A DNA stretch of 26,166 nt from a virus (taxonomy: Duplodnaviria > Caudoviricetes), in the IMG/VR virus record IMGVR_UViG_3300047403_000174, positions 1-26,166 of that record; one strand, given 5' to 3'. This document shows positions 25,872-26,166 of the stretch, piece by piece. The notes below the pieces were generated by a model, which saw only the letters and a list, made by a program, of their open reading frames with translations, made no database searches and was not told the origin of the DNA. Each line of letters starts with the position of its first letter. Position 1 is the first letter of the stretch. Position numbers and translations under genes: made by a program.

Positions 25872-26166
25872 CGGAAACCTTGATCGAGATCACGACCGGC
25901 GTACGTGGTCCCACAGGACCGGCCGGCGGCCCAACCGGCCCGGCAGGCGCGACAGGGGCGACCGGTCCAACCGGCCCGGCAGGCGCGACAGGGGCGACCG
26001 GCCCAACGGGGCCGGCCGGGGACGCGGGTGTTGCCGGTCCGACCGGTCCAACCGGCCCGGCAGGCGCGACAGGGGCGACCGGCCCAACGGGGCCGGCCGG
26101 GGACGCGGGTGTTGCCGGTCCGACCGGTCCAACCGGCCCGGCAGGCGCGACAGGGGCGACCGGCCC
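25868..26166 (+). CDS. collagen-like (Gly-X-Y) fibre protein, 3' truncated; absent from the ORF track
   Basis: ATGA overlap at 25868. [35 protein letters not shown]... stays open to the window end. Confidence 0.88.
   Translation, partial: MTETLIEITTGVRGPTGPAGGPTGPAGATGATGPTGPAGATGATGPTGPAGDAGVAGPTGPTGPAGATGATGPTGPAGDAGVAGPTGPTGPAGATGATG
25928..26166 (+). repeat. nested 36-bp and 81-bp tandem repeats encoding collagen triplets
   Basis: An 81-bp unit starts at 25964, 26045 and 26126. The 36-bp subunit ([12 protein letters not shown]) also occurs at 25928. Confidence 0.93.

Noticed and set aside
436-26132. Many long minus-strand and alternate-frame ORFs (e.g. 7321-8367, 8346-9527, 18338-19378)
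   Set aside because: They shadow well-supported + strand genes, lack recognisable motifs and are expected in GC-rich DNA.

Overview
This is a 26 kb, GC-rich stretch of a long-tailed dsDNA phage or prophage with all credible genes on the + strand. Gene order and motifs resemble Chi-like (Casjensviridae-type) siphoviruses with lambda-type head genes; this assignment is by recognition, with no database search. Order: end of a family A DNA polymerase, an accessory block (two DNA methyltransferases, a stand-alone NUMOD3-repeat protein, two hypothetical genes), VRR-NUC nuclease, SNF2 helicase, terminase, head genes, neck and tail genes, tape measure, tail tip and the start of a collagen-like fibre. 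The most striking observation is one ~107-aa domain inserted into three unrelated virion proteins: head decoration, tail tube and tail-tip hub. The third copy is interrupted by a reading-frame break. Also visible are a -1 frameshift in the tail chaperone, a nested scaffold start in the protease gene and a tandem paralogue pair after the capsid gene. No RNA genes, CRISPR array, integrase or lysis genes were recognised.
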